A stretch of 61,725 nucleotides of DNA, counting the filler. It is 6 parts of 6 records of this genome, joined end to end, with 100 filler letters (N's around TTAATTAATTAA, not from the genome) between each part and the next. Parts side by side here need not be neighbours in the genome. Positions count along the whole stretch, not along the records: positions 25,297 to 38,707 come from DRR723986_8343; positions 38,808 to 47,581 come from DRR723986_8351; 4 more parts are not named here. One strand, given 5' to 3'. Under the pieces are notes generated by a model. It saw only the letters and a list, made by a program, of their open reading frames with translations, had not been told where the DNA came from and searched no databases. Each line of letters opens with the position of its first letter. The stretch's first letter is position 1. The translations under genes were made by a program, and so were the position numbers. Positions 30,486 to 39,743 of the stretch are shown one piece after another.

Positions 30486-31319
30486 TCAAACCGGCCGATC
30501 CGTCCGTTTCAGCACGAACCCCATGCTTTCGCTGCGTCCCAGCCATGGGTGGGACGGAATCACATGGCCCAGCTCCGGAATCGTCCAGCTGTCCAGCACC
30601 TCATATCCCAGTCGCGCCACTTCTGCGTCCCATTGCGGTCGGGCGCGCAAATGGTAGGCCACGCGCGCCCGACCGATCCGCTCGATGCAAAATCGCTCTG
30701 CCGCCGGCGAGAAAGCGATCTTGTTGATGACGATGAACCGGGGGCGGGCGGGAAGCGCGTCGACGAAATCCGGGAAGGGTGTGGGGAGGTATTGCAGCAG
30801 GCCGGACGCCAGCAGGAGGTCGGCAGCGGGGGCATTCTCCAGCCGGTCGACGAAGGTGATGGCGGCCGGGATCGCCCCCGCGGCCTGCCGGGCCTTGGCC
30901 GCGCGCACGATGCCGGGCAGATCGTAGACCGTCCAGCGCACGGGCGCGAGGTCGAGCAGGGGCGAAAAGGCCGTGAACTTCGTCCCCAGATGGCCGCCCG
31001 CATCGAGGACCGAGGGATGGTCGGGAAGCAACCGCGACAGCCAGAACAGGACGGGATAGTCCCAGGGCGCTCGCCGACGCATCAGGTCGAGCGACACGTC
31101 TGCCGTGTCCTCGTCGTCATAGCCCGGTGCCTCGATACGGGCGAGGGCGGCGTCGACCGCCATGCGCGTGGGATAAGCCCCCGTGAACCGGGCCGACCGG
31201 GACGTCCGGGCCAGAAGGCGCGCAAGCCCGGCCCGCGGCAGGGCGCCGAAGAGGGTGGCGGCTTGCCGAAGCCGGGCGCGCAGGGGCAGGGGGCGGGTAT
31301 CCGTGGTGCAGGCGGTCAT
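30486..31319 (-). CDS. Putative SAM-dependent methyltransferase (TIGR04325-like)
   Basis: WDYPVLFWL, VLDAGGHLG, WTVYDLP, ASGLLQYL motifs. ATGA overlap with the flippase stop codon. Confidence 0.8.
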   Translation of the reverse strand: MTACTTDTRPLPLRARLRQAATLFGALPRAGLARLLARTSRSARFTGAYPTRMAVDAALARIEAPGYDDEDTADVSLDLMRRRAPWDYPVLFWLSRLLPDHPSVLDAGGHLGTKFTAFSPLLDLAPVRWTVYDLPGIVRAAKARQAAGAIPAAITFVDRLENAPAADLLLASGLLQYLPTPFPDFVDALPARPRFIVINKIAFSPAAERFCIERIGRARVAYHLRARPQWDAEVARLGYEVLDSWTIPELGHVIPSHPWLGRSESMGFVLKRTDRPV

Positions 31320-32824
31320 TGCGATCCGGCCTCGACGATGGGCGCGGGCCGCATGATCGCCAGCATCTGCCGCCGGAAGTCCGGGTCGACGATGGAGATC
31401 GCCAGCGTGTAGATCGCAGCCCCCGCGAGACCGGCGGCGATTGCCTCGCCGACGGCACCAAGGGAGGCAACCGCCGCCGACCGTTCGACGGCCCAGACCG
31501 ACCCCGCGAAGGCCGCCAAGGGAAGGGCTGAGGGCCGCAGCATGATCCCCACGGGCTGCCACCGCACCCCGGCGTAGCGCCGGAAAAGCCAGAGCGTCGC
31601 CCCCAGGACCAGGGCCGCGACGGCGACCTGCGACCAAGCCAGCGCGTGGATGCCGTAAGGCGCGGTCGCGAGCGTCAGCGCCACCGACCCGGCGAAAATC
31701 GCGGTCATGAAGGCGGGCAGACGGCGCGCCTGCCCCGTGAGGGACATCAATGGCTCCGTCAACACGCCGAGGAACAGGAGCAGGCGGCCAAGGACGAGAA
31801 TGGAGAGCACCGCGCTCGCAGGGAGCCAGTTCGGCCCCAGCAGACCGGACACGATTTGATCGCTCATCAGGGCCAGCCATATGAGCAGGGGCGCGCCCAA
31901 GGCCACCAGAACCTTCAGGCTGCGCGCGATCTGCGCATTCAGACGCGCGGCCTGTCCCTCGGGCGGGCCGTCATCCCTGGCCTGTCTGAGTTGCGCCCAT
32001 GCCAGAAGTTGTCCCGGCACCACGATCAGTTCCGAAACGCCGCCCACCAATCGCTCCGCCGCGCGGAAGTACCCGACCGCGGCGGGACCCAGAACGCCGC
32101 CGATGATCAGGGTGACGAAGTGCAGCCGGGCATGGACGAGCATACGGCTCGAAAAGATCTGGACGGAGAAGGTCCAGAGCGCGCGCTGACCCTCGCGCGC
32201 CAGCCCGGGCAGCGGCAGGCGCCGGGTGGCGATCAGGCCAAGGATCAGGGCCGTGGTCTGGGCGGCCAGTCGCCCGTAGACGAGGGCAAAGACGCCCGCC
32301 CCGTCCAGAAGCGCCAGCACCGCGGCGACGAGGCCCGCAAGCTCTCCGGCGATTTCATTGATCGAGGCCGTCTTGATGCGCCCCAGAAAGATCAGCACGC
32401 CCTTCTGGGCCGAGGCCGCATTGGCCAGCGCGACCCACAGGGCGAACAGCACCATCAGGTTTACGATCTCTGGGGATACCCCGAACCCGCCCGCCACCAC
32501 GGCCCCGATCGCGCCGAGCATACCGCAGAGCGCCCCGAAGACGATGGCGACGAACAGCACCTGCAGCGGCACGGTGACGTCCCCCCTGCAGGACATGATG
32601 AACGGCGCCCACCCCGCTTCTGCCGCCCGCAACAGCAGGATGGCTGCGGCGGATCCCAGGGCGAACACGCCGAATTCCGCAGGCTCCAGCACACGCGCGG
32701 CCAGCACGAAGACGGCGAATTGCCCGATCTGCGAGATCACCCGCTCGGCCACGGAAAAGACGGCGTCGCCCGCGGCCTTGCGGGATCGGGGGGCAGGGGC
32801 GTGGGACAGGGGGCTCTGGCTCAT
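31316..32824 (-). CDS. Oligosaccharide flippase (Wzx/PST family)
   Basis: LAARVLEPAEFG, GPAAVGYFRAAERL, LLGPNW motifs and many TM helices. Confidence 0.9.
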   Translation of the reverse strand: MSQSPLSHAPAPRSRKAAGDAVFSVAERVISQIGQFAVFVLAARVLEPAEFGVFALGSAAAILLLRAAEAGWAPFIMSCRGDVTVPLQVLFVAIVFGALCGMLGAIGAVVAGGFGVSPEIVNLMVLFALWVALANAASAQKGVLIFLGRIKTASINEIAGELAGLVAAVLALLDGAGVFALVYGRLAAQTTALILGLIATRRLPLPGLAREGQRALWTFSVQIFSSRMLVHARLHFVTLIIGGVLGPAAVGYFRAAERLVGGVSELIVVPGQLLAWAQLRQARDDGPPEGQAARLNAQIARSLKVLVALGAPLLIWLALMSDQIVSGLLGPNWLPASAVLSILVLGRLLLFLGVLTEPLMSLTGQARRLPAFMTAIFAGSVALTLATAPYGIHALAWSQVAVAALVLGATLWLFRRYAGVRWQPVGIMLRPSALPLAAFAGSVWAVERSAAVASLGAVGEAIAAGLAGAAIYTLAISIVDPDFRRQMLAIMRPAPIVEAGSQ

Positions 32825-32836
32825 CTCGTGCGGCGA

Positions 32837-33571
32837 TCAGTACGCGCCATGGCCCGTCAACACGACATGCACCGTGCGCAACAGAATGCGGATATCGCCG
32901 AGCATCGACCGCTCCTCGACATAGCGGACGTCCAGCGCGACGCGTTCCGCATAGGTCGTGTTGTTGCGCCCGCTGACCTGCCACAGGCCGGTGATGCCCG
33001 GTCGTACGCCCATGTAAGAGGCGAAATCGGAGCCGTAATGCACCATCTCGTCGCGCACGATCGGGCGGGGGCCGACAAGGCTCATGTCGCCGCGCAGCAC
33101 GTTGATCAGTTGCGGCAGCTCGTCGAGGCTGGATTTGCGCAGAAGCCGCCCGATCGGCAACACCCGAGGATCGCGCTTCAGCTTTTGTGTCTGCGCCCAT
33201 TCGCGCCGCTGCGCGGGGTTGGACTTCAGACAGTCCGCCAGCACGCGGTCGGCATCGGTGTGCATGGTGCGGAACTTGAGGCAGTAGAACGGAACCGCCG
33301 CCCGACCCAACCGCCGATGGCCGAAAAACACCGGGCCGGGGTGAAAGAGGCCAAGCACGATGCAGATCAGCGCGAAGACCGGAAGGAAGAACAAAAGGAT
33401 GAGGCAGGTGCCGACGATGTCCATGACCCGCTTCGCGCGCGGTCCGTCGATCCAATGCGCAGGAGGCCGGCCGGCCACCGGCGTCGGGATCGCCGGTTGA
33501 TAGCCGAAATTGGCCTCGCTCTCCTTGCGGGCCGTGTCGAGGCCGACTGTTCCGATAAAGTTGTGTTGCAT
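32837..33571 (-). CDS. Priming polyprenyl glycosylphosphotransferase (ExoY/WbaP-like)
   Basis: KRVMDI, KFRTM, DPRV, LRKSSLDELPQL, MSLVGPRP, RPGITGLWQVSGRN motifs. Confidence 0.93.
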   Translation of the reverse strand: MQHNFIGTVGLDTARKESEANFGYQPAIPTPVAGRPPAHWIDGPRAKRVMDIVGTCLILLFFLPVFALICIVLGLFHPGPVFFGHRRLGRAAVPFYCLKFRTMHTDADRVLADCLKSNPAQRREWAQTQKLKRDPRVLPIGRLLRKSSLDELPQLINVLRGDMSLVGPRPIVRDEMVHYGSDFASYMGVRPGITGLWQVSGRNNTTYAERVALDVRYVEERSMLGDIRILLRTVHVVLTGHGAY

Positions 33572-33865
33572 CAAAATTCCCCCCCGGGATTGCAAAGATG
33601 TCCTGCACCGGCCTGTCTCCGCCGCCTTTTTGGCTGTTCGGCCAAGCCCGTGCGTTTGCTCTCAAATGATCCGATCTCTGGTCTTCACTCCATGGGTCCG
33701 GCGCGTCCACCCACGCACCGGAGGTTGCTGTTCAGGACGGAACCGGGGCTGCGGACGGGACGTGCCGCTTGCCCGACAGCCTCGGCTCCGGTAGGTCTGC
33801 GAGGAGGCCTTCGTGCGACCCGTGCGGAGGGCCGACCGCTTCGCAAAGAGGATACTCCAGCTTCG

Positions 33866-34075
33866 ATGGCCCGTTTGGAACCGACCTCGGATGATGACGC
33901 GGCCTCTCGGCAGGCCCCTGAGAAGGCCCCTTCGACCGCGGGACTGCGCCTGCGCGATCAAGGCCTGCATGACGACCGGACCCGCGGCGGAGTGACCGGG
34001 CGACGGCTGCGCATCGCGGCCATCGCCGTCTGCGCAATGGTGTGGATCGGCGTGCTTTACGTTGCATTGACCTGA
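33866..34075 (+). CDS. Small 69-aa protein with C-terminal membrane anchor
   Basis: AGAGGA upstream of ATG. Ends RRLRIAAIAVCAMVWIGVLYVALT. Overlaps the NRPS 3' end by 19 nt on the opposite strand. Confidence 0.45.
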   Translation: MARLEPTSDDDAASRQAPEKAPSTAGLRLRDQGLHDDRTRGGVTGRRLRIAAIAVCAMVWIGVLYVALT

Positions 34076-36888
34076 TCCTCAGCGGGGGCGTCGGCTTGAT
34101 AGGCGTCGAGAAGCGTCTCGATCTGCCGTGCGGCTTCTGCAATGCCCAGATTGCGACCCTGCGCAATGCTCAACTCCTTGACCGGATGCGTCAGCAACCG
34201 CCCCGTCACCTGACTGTCCCACCCCATGGTCGGGTCGAACATCGCCCCTTGCGGCGCTTCCGTGGTCACGAAATGCAGAACAGTGCCGTCGTAGGGCTCG
34301 GGATAATGCAGGTTTCGGGCGTCCCTGAGATGGTCGATGAACTCTTCCTGCTCGGCATCCAGATCTGTGGCGCGGACCCGCTCCATCAGGCGCAGGCGCA
34401 CGGCGAGACGCAGGATGCCGGTCCTTTTGATGACCCCGAAACTGCCCAGGAACGCGGCAAGGGAAATATCCCCCCGGCGCAGAAAGCGCGCTCGGATGCG
34501 GGCCGAGTGCAGCCGGTCCAGAAGCGACGACCAGCGCCCGCTTTGAATGCGGTCGGCATAGCGCGGCTCCCACACGTCCTTGAGGATCACGGCCACCACC
34601 TCTTCGCCCTGCGCCTTCAGCTGCCGCGCGACTTCGATGGCGAGGTTGCCATGCACGCAAACCCCGAAGAACGCGTAGGGCCCATGCGGCTGCGCGCTGC
34701 GCACCGCGTCCACGTAATCGGCTGCGATATCGTCGAACGGGCGAGGGGCAAGGGCGATGCCCCGGCTCTTGTCGTAGATGCGCACCGCGAGGGCCGGGCG
34801 TGGCTTGGCCATGGCCGCCGACAGGGCAAAGACCGTTTGTGCGTTGTTGATCGCGATCAGGGGAATGCCGCTGCCCCTGTCCTGCAGGACCATGACGCGC
34901 CAGTCGCCCGCGCCCGCCTCGACCCCCGGCGCGACGGCGGGGGGCGCGTCGCCGGACAAGTGCTGCGCCAGCGTGCGAAGGGTCGGGCTGTAGTAGGCCG
35001 TCGCTAGGCTGAGCCTGCGCCCGAATTCCTGCTCGATCCTCGCCAGCATGCGGACGGTCAGCAGGGAGTGGCCGCCCAGCTCGAAGAAGTTTGCGGTGGG
35101 CGGGATCGTGTCGATCCCCAGAAGGTCGCTCCAGATCACCGCCAGCCGGGTTTCGACATCGGTGTCGGCGCCGTCGGGTCCTGAGCCGCCTGAGCCGGGC
35201 ATGGGGGGGCGGCCTTGCAGGGCTGCGGCGAGGGGGAGCGCGGTCTTGCGGACCTGTCCGCCCGCGTCCCGTGGCAGCGCCCGCAGCACGCTGATGCCAT
35301 CCGGCCGGACATCCTCTGCCGCCATGTGGTTTGCGAGCGCCGCGGGCAGGCCTTCCAGCGGCAGGAGCGGGGCCTGCGGGTTCGCCGTCACGAAGGCATG
35401 GACACGACGACCCCCGTCCGGGCCGGCATAGGGCACGGCGGCGACCTCCCCGACCTGCGCGTGGGCCTTCAGCGCGGTTTCGATGCGGTTGGCCTGCTGC
35501 GTGTCGCGCTTCCGCGCGTCTTGCCCTGCCTGCGGTTGCGGCATCCGGTCGAGGGTCTGGTCCGGGTGGTCGAAGGCGAAGGCAAAGCTGGCCTGCCAAA
35601 GCGCCAGCATGTCGCGCGCGGTCTCGGCGCTGAACAGGTCCGAGTTGTACTCCAGCGTCATCCGCCAGCCGCTTTTCCGTCCGATCAGGACGAAGCTGAA
35701 GTCGTAGATCGCGCCGGGGGCGTGAGAGGGGGCGCTGGACAGTTCGAACCCGCCGTATTGCGCCGTTTCCATGAAGGCGTGCTGAAGGATGAAGTTGACG
35801 GAGATCAGCGGCGTGCGCGACGGATCGCGGCCCGGATTGACGATTTCCACGAGCTTGTTGAACGGCACATGCTGGCCGATCAGCGCATCCTGAACCACGC
35901 GGTGCGCGCGGGCGAGATGATCGTTCACGGTCTGCTTCGAGGGGGCCGGAAACCGCAACACGACGTTGTTGATGAAGACACCGATGAGAGGTTCGAGGTC
36001 CACCTCCGTCCGGCCTGCGACCTGGGTGCCGATCGTGACCTCGGGGGCGTCGGCGCAGCGGGAGAGCATCGCGCTCAGCACGCCCGCGCCGTAAGAGAAG
36101 GGCGACATCGCCCGCGCCTTTGCCTCTGCCGACAGCCGCTCTCCGAACGAGGCGGGCAGGTCGGCGTATACATTGGCGCAGGCCCCGCTGCGGTGCAGGG
36201 GGCGGGGGAAATCGGGCGACAGCTCGAAGTAGGGCGCGCCGGCCAGCCGGTCCCGCCACGGGGCGAGGTCATCGGCGAAGGCCGCGCTGCCGAAGTAGTC
36301 CTGCTGCCACAGGGCATAGTCGCCATATTGCAGCGGCAGCTCTGGCAGTTCCGGGGCAGTGCCTGCCTCATGCGCCGCCGCGGCCGCGCCGATCTCGCGG
36401 CCAAGGACGCCGATGGACCAGCCGTCGAAACAGATCTGATGCACGGTGATGGCAAGGATCGCGTGATCCTCGGCCAGGCGGATCAGCGTGGCGCGGATCA
36501 GGCCCGGGGATGCGAGATCGAAGGGCAGGGCGGCGTTTTCGGTGGCGATGTCCTCTACCCGCCGGGCGTGCGTGTCGGCGGGGGCCGTGCGGATGTCGAT
36601 CTCGGAGAGGTGGAAATCGGCGTGGTCCATGACCTCCTGCACGGGGCGGCCTGCCTCTTCGACGAAGCGCGTGCGCAGGATTTCATGGCGCGCCATGACG
36701 GTGCGGAAGGCCGCCTCGAACGCCGCGGCGCTGAAGCGCCCCGCGACCGCCCAGCGGATCGCCACGTTGAGGGCCGGTGTGCCCGGCGCCATCCGATCGA
36801 GGAACCAGCACCGCTCTTGCGTGGCGGAGCAGGGAAAGCGGTCCAGCGCGATCGGCGCGGGTTCCGGGCGTTTGATGCGCTCGTTCAT
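34057..36888 (-). CDS. Atypical NRPS: condensation - A-subdomain remnant - PCP - thioesterase-like
   Basis: QERCWFL, RHEILRT, HQICFDG, QYGDYALWQ, IGVFIN (C domain). FFELGGHSL (PCP). QPHGPYAFFGVCVHG (TE-like). Confidence 0.9.
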   Translation of the reverse strand: MNERIKRPEPAPIALDRFPCSATQERCWFLDRMAPGTPALNVAIRWAVAGRFSAAAFEAAFRTVMARHEILRTRFVEEAGRPVQEVMDHADFHLSEIDIRTAPADTHARRVEDIATENAALPFDLASPGLIRATLIRLAEDHAILAITVHQICFDGWSIGVLGREIGAAAAAHEAGTAPELPELPLQYGDYALWQQDYFGSAAFADDLAPWRDRLAGAPYFELSPDFPRPLHRSGACANVYADLPASFGERLSAEAKARAMSPFSYGAGVLSAMLSRCADAPEVTIGTQVAGRTEVDLEPLIGVFINNVVLRFPAPSKQTVNDHLARAHRVVQDALIGQHVPFNKLVEIVNPGRDPSRTPLISVNFILQHAFMETAQYGGFELSSAPSHAPGAIYDFSFVLIGRKSGWRMTLEYNSDLFSAETARDMLALWQASFAFAFDHPDQTLDRMPQPQAGQDARKRDTQQANRIETALKAHAQVGEVAAVPYAGPDGGRRVHAFVTANPQAPLLPLEGLPAALANHMAAEDVRPDGISVLRALPRDAGGQVRKTALPLAAALQGRPPMPGSGGSGPDGADTDVETRLAVIWSDLLGIDTIPPTANFFELGGHSLLTVRMLARIEQEFGRRLSLATAYYSPTLRTLAQHLSGDAPPAVAPGVEAGAGDWRVMVLQDRGSGIPLIAINNAQTVFALSAAMAKPRPALAVRIYDKSRGIALAPRPFDDIAADYVDAVRSAQPHGPYAFFGVCVHGNLAIEVARQLKAQGEEVVAVILKDVWEPRYADRIQSGRWSSLLDRLHSARIRARFLRRGDISLAAFLGSFGVIKRTGILRLAVRLRLMERVRATDLDAEQEEFIDHLRDARNLHYPEPYDGTVLHFVTTEAPQGAMFDPTMGWDSQVTGRLLTHPVKELSIAQGRNLGIAEAARQIETLLDAYQADAPAEDQVNAT

Positions 36889-38707
36889 GACACCACCGCC
36901 GTCTTGCGCCGCGCGCCTCTGCGGAAATCCTTCAGCGAGGGTGCCTTGGCCGTATCCGCCCGCGCCTCGGTGAAGGCCGCGACCGCCTGGATGGTGGGGT
37001 ATTGCATCAGATGCCGCGCCTCGATGCCGGTGTTGCGATCCAGCGTCCGGGCGGCGATGCGGAAGATGCTGAGGGAATCCGCGCCAAGCGCGAAGAGGTC
37101 GTCGGTGATGCCGATGGCGTCGATCCCCAGCACGTCCTGCCAGATCTCGGCCAGCGTGCGTTCCAGATCGGTCTTCGGCGCAACGATCTCGCGCAGGGTG
37201 GCGTCGGGGCGCATCGGCTCCAGATCGGGCAACGCGCGCCGGTCGAGCTTGCCATTGGCCGTCTCTGGAAGCGCGGAGAGGCGATGATAGCGCGTCGGCA
37301 CCATGTAGCCGGGGAGTTGCCCCTGCAGCGCCTGCGCGATGTCGGCAGGCTCTGCCGCGCCGACGTAGAACCCCGCGAGGAATGGCCCGGCAGGCCCCTC
37401 GCGCAGATCCACCGCGGCGGCGGTGACGTTTGACAGGCCGCGCATCGCGGCCTCGATCTCGCCGAGCTCGATGCGGAAGCCGCGCAGCTTGACCTGCCCG
37501 TCGCGGCGGCCCAGCACCACGATCCGGCCATCGGCCCCGCGCCGCGCCAGATCGCCCGTGCGGTACAGACGTGTGGGGCCGGAGCCCGGAATGTCGACCG
37601 TGCGAAACGCGGCCTGCGTCAGATCGGGGCGACCGAGATAGCCCGAGGCAAGCCCCGCCCCGCCGATGTTCAGCTCTCCGGTCACGCCAAGGGGCACGAG
37701 CCGATCGTCTTCGTCAAGCACATGCATCACGGTGTTGTCGAGGGGTGTGCCGATGTCGATGATGCCGTCCGTGACCCGCCCGCAGGACGACCAGATGGTC
37801 GTTTCGGTCGGGCCGTACATGTTCCAGACCTCACCGCCGCCGGCGACGAGCCGATCCGCCAGATCGCGGGGCAGAGCCTCGCCCCCGACCAGCGCCTTGA
37901 GGGTCGGGCCGGGGATCAATCCCGCCTCCAGCAGCATCTGCCACAGCGTCGGGGTGGCTTGCAGGACGGTGATGTCGCCCTTGGCCAGCCGCTCGACGAG
38001 GGGGAAGGCGGCCTGCACATCGGCCTCGGAGGCGATCACGGTCTTGCCGCCCGTCGTGAGGGGCAGGAACAGTTCCAGCGCCGCGATGTCGAAGGCGACG
38101 GTCGTGACGGAGAGGATCGCGTCGCTTGCCGTGAAGCCGGGGCTGCGCGCCATGGACACCATGAAGTTACCGAGGGCCGAGTGCGGCACGTCCACGCCCT
38201 TTGGCGCGCCGGTAGAGCCGGAGGTGAAGATGGCATAGGCGGGTGCGTCGTTCGGCGTGGGGGCCGGGGCGACCGGGCCATCGCGGCGCGCGGCGGCGTC
38301 GATCAGCGCAAGGTCCAGCCCCTCGGCAATCCCGGGGCGGGGGCCGGAGTGGACCAGGGCGGATACGCCCGACGCCTCCAGAACCGCGCGCAAGCGGGCC
38401 GGGGGGTGGCTTGGGTCCAGCGGGACGTAGGCATGGCCCGCCTTCATCACCGCCAGAAGGGCGATGACGAGATCGGCGGACCGGTCGAGCATGACGGCGA
38501 CGCGGGCGCCCGGCTCGGGCAATTGGTGCGCGATCTCGGCGGCAAGGCCGTCGCTCTCGGCGCCGATCTGCGCATAGCTGTGCGCGCCGCGGGCGTCCTC
38601 TATGGCCGTCGCTTCGGGCGTGGCGGCGATCTGCCGGGCGATCATCTGGTCCAGCCGCTCCTGTGGCAGCGGCTTGTCCGTGGCGTTGCCGAGGGCGGCG
38701 AGCGCCG
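36885..38707 (-). CDS. NRPS adenylation-PCP module, predicted Gly-specific (5'-truncated)
   Basis: FTSGSTGAPKG, NMYGPTETTIW, YRTGD, QVKLRGFRIELGEIE, NGKLDR, LGADSL motifs. Specificity code read by eye as DILQLGMIWK. Confidence 0.92.
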
Positions 38708-38807
38708 NNNNNNNNNNNNNNNNNNNNNNNNNNNNNNNNNNNNNNNNNNNNTTAATTAATTAANNNNNNNNNNNNNNNNNNNNNNNNNNNNNNNNNNNNN
38801 NNNNNNN
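38708..38807. other. Artificial contig spacer
   Basis: 44 N + TTAATTAATTAA + 44 N. Confidence 0.99.
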
Positions 38808-38812
38808 GCCAT
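38808..38812 (-). CDS. groES: First codons of a heat-shock gene, most likely groES (cut by contig end)
   Basis: Minus strand reads AAGGAG-ctgcaaag-ATGGC, downstream of a CIRCE and an RpoH-type promoter. Identity is inferred only from this context. Confidence 0.5.
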
Positions 38813-38875
38813 CTTTGCAGCTCCTTAAGGCTCAAAGGTTATTATTCCTCATCTCGCACTCCCTTGGCGAGATCA

Positions 38876-38902
38876 TTATCACTCACTTGTGTTGAGTGCT
38901 AA
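38876..38902. promoter_or_regulatory. CIRCE element (HrcA operator)
   Basis: TTATCACTC-N9-GAGTGCTAA, one mismatch to TTAGCACTC-N9-GAGTGCTAA. Confidence 0.9.
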
Positions 38903-38911
38903 CGGAAGCAT

Positions 38912-38940
38912 AGCTAGGCACTGATATTTACCGAGTCAAC
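38912..38940 (-). promoter_or_regulatory. RpoH (sigma-32)-type promoter
   Basis: Minus strand GTTGAC...CCTAGCT just upstream of the CIRCE, resembling alphaproteobacterial CTTG...CCTATNT. Confidence 0.6.
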
Positions 38941-38962
38941 AGGTAGGGTCAGAAAAATGAAC

Positions 38963-39634
38963 CTATTTTTGGTCCCAGCTATAAGCCCAGTGCTTTAGCC
39001 CTTCGGAGCCTGCCTTGCTGAGCATATAGATACCGGTATCGACCTTTTCAAACCAACCGTAATGGTTAATCCGCATAAGCCCGGTTGCCTTGGGAACGCC
39101 TGCTGCCTTTGCAACCTCTGCCCCTTTGGACGGGCCGTTTTCCGCCAGATAGGCGGCGCAACGTAGGGCATCTTGCCTATAGGCAGTGACGATCCCGTGC
39201 CGGGTGGCTCCGCCCGCGTTTGGATCCCCCTGCAGGCGATCAAATTCGCGCAGCAGTCGTTTTGTTTTCTGTTTGGATTTACGGGGGGCGTAAGGTCCCG
39301 GATCACACTGAACCTCGACGGTTCCATCAGCTCGAACCGTGATCAGGCCCACCCCGAGACGCCGACACATCAATAGGTTTTCTTTGAGCATGCGGCGCGC
39401 GCTTTTCCCTGTGGGCTTTGGCACGCCAATATATACGGTCTCTGTGACCTTTAGCCGTTCGATGGCTTGGTGGTACAGGGACAAAGAAAACCGCAGCTTC
39501 AGCTCGACGATAACCGGAGTTTCATCCCCACGGCATGCCACGACATCAGCTGCCCCGACTTCGCCTTTAACGACATAGCCTTGTGCCTCAAGGTAGGCCT
39601 TGATCGGGGGATAAAGATCTTGCTCACGATTCAT
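38963..39634 (-). CDS. DUF2161-family putative PD-(D/E)XK phosphodiesterase
   Basis: REQDLYPPIK, VKGEV..AD, IVELK, GDPNAGG, TAYRQDAL, NHYGWF motifs. Confidence 0.8.
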   Translation of the reverse strand: MNREQDLYPPIKAYLEAQGYVVKGEVGAADVVACRGDETPVIVELKLRFSLSLYHQAIERLKVTETVYIGVPKPTGKSARRMLKENLLMCRRLGVGLITVRADGTVEVQCDPGPYAPRKSKQKTKRLLREFDRLQGDPNAGGATRHGIVTAYRQDALRCAAYLAENGPSKGAEVAKAAGVPKATGLMRINHYGWFEKVDTGIYMLSKAGSEGLKHWAYSWDQK

Positions 39635-39743
39635 CCGCTCACCTTATGGGCCCTCGCGTCTATTTGCCACCAACGCGCATCGTGACAAGCAACGCCCCCG
39701 CCCGTATAACGCGCGGAAAATTGTATGAACGCAGGACGCTGAC

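Noticed and set aside
31646-34075. 809-aa plus-strand ORF
   Set aside because: Antisense shadow of the flippase and sugar transferase in high-GC DNA. Only the last 69 codons are considered possibly real.
34079-37287. 726-aa and 690-aa ORFs overlapping the NRPS genes
   Set aside because: Alternative-frame or antisense shadows, Arg/Ala/Gly-rich, with no recognisable motifs.
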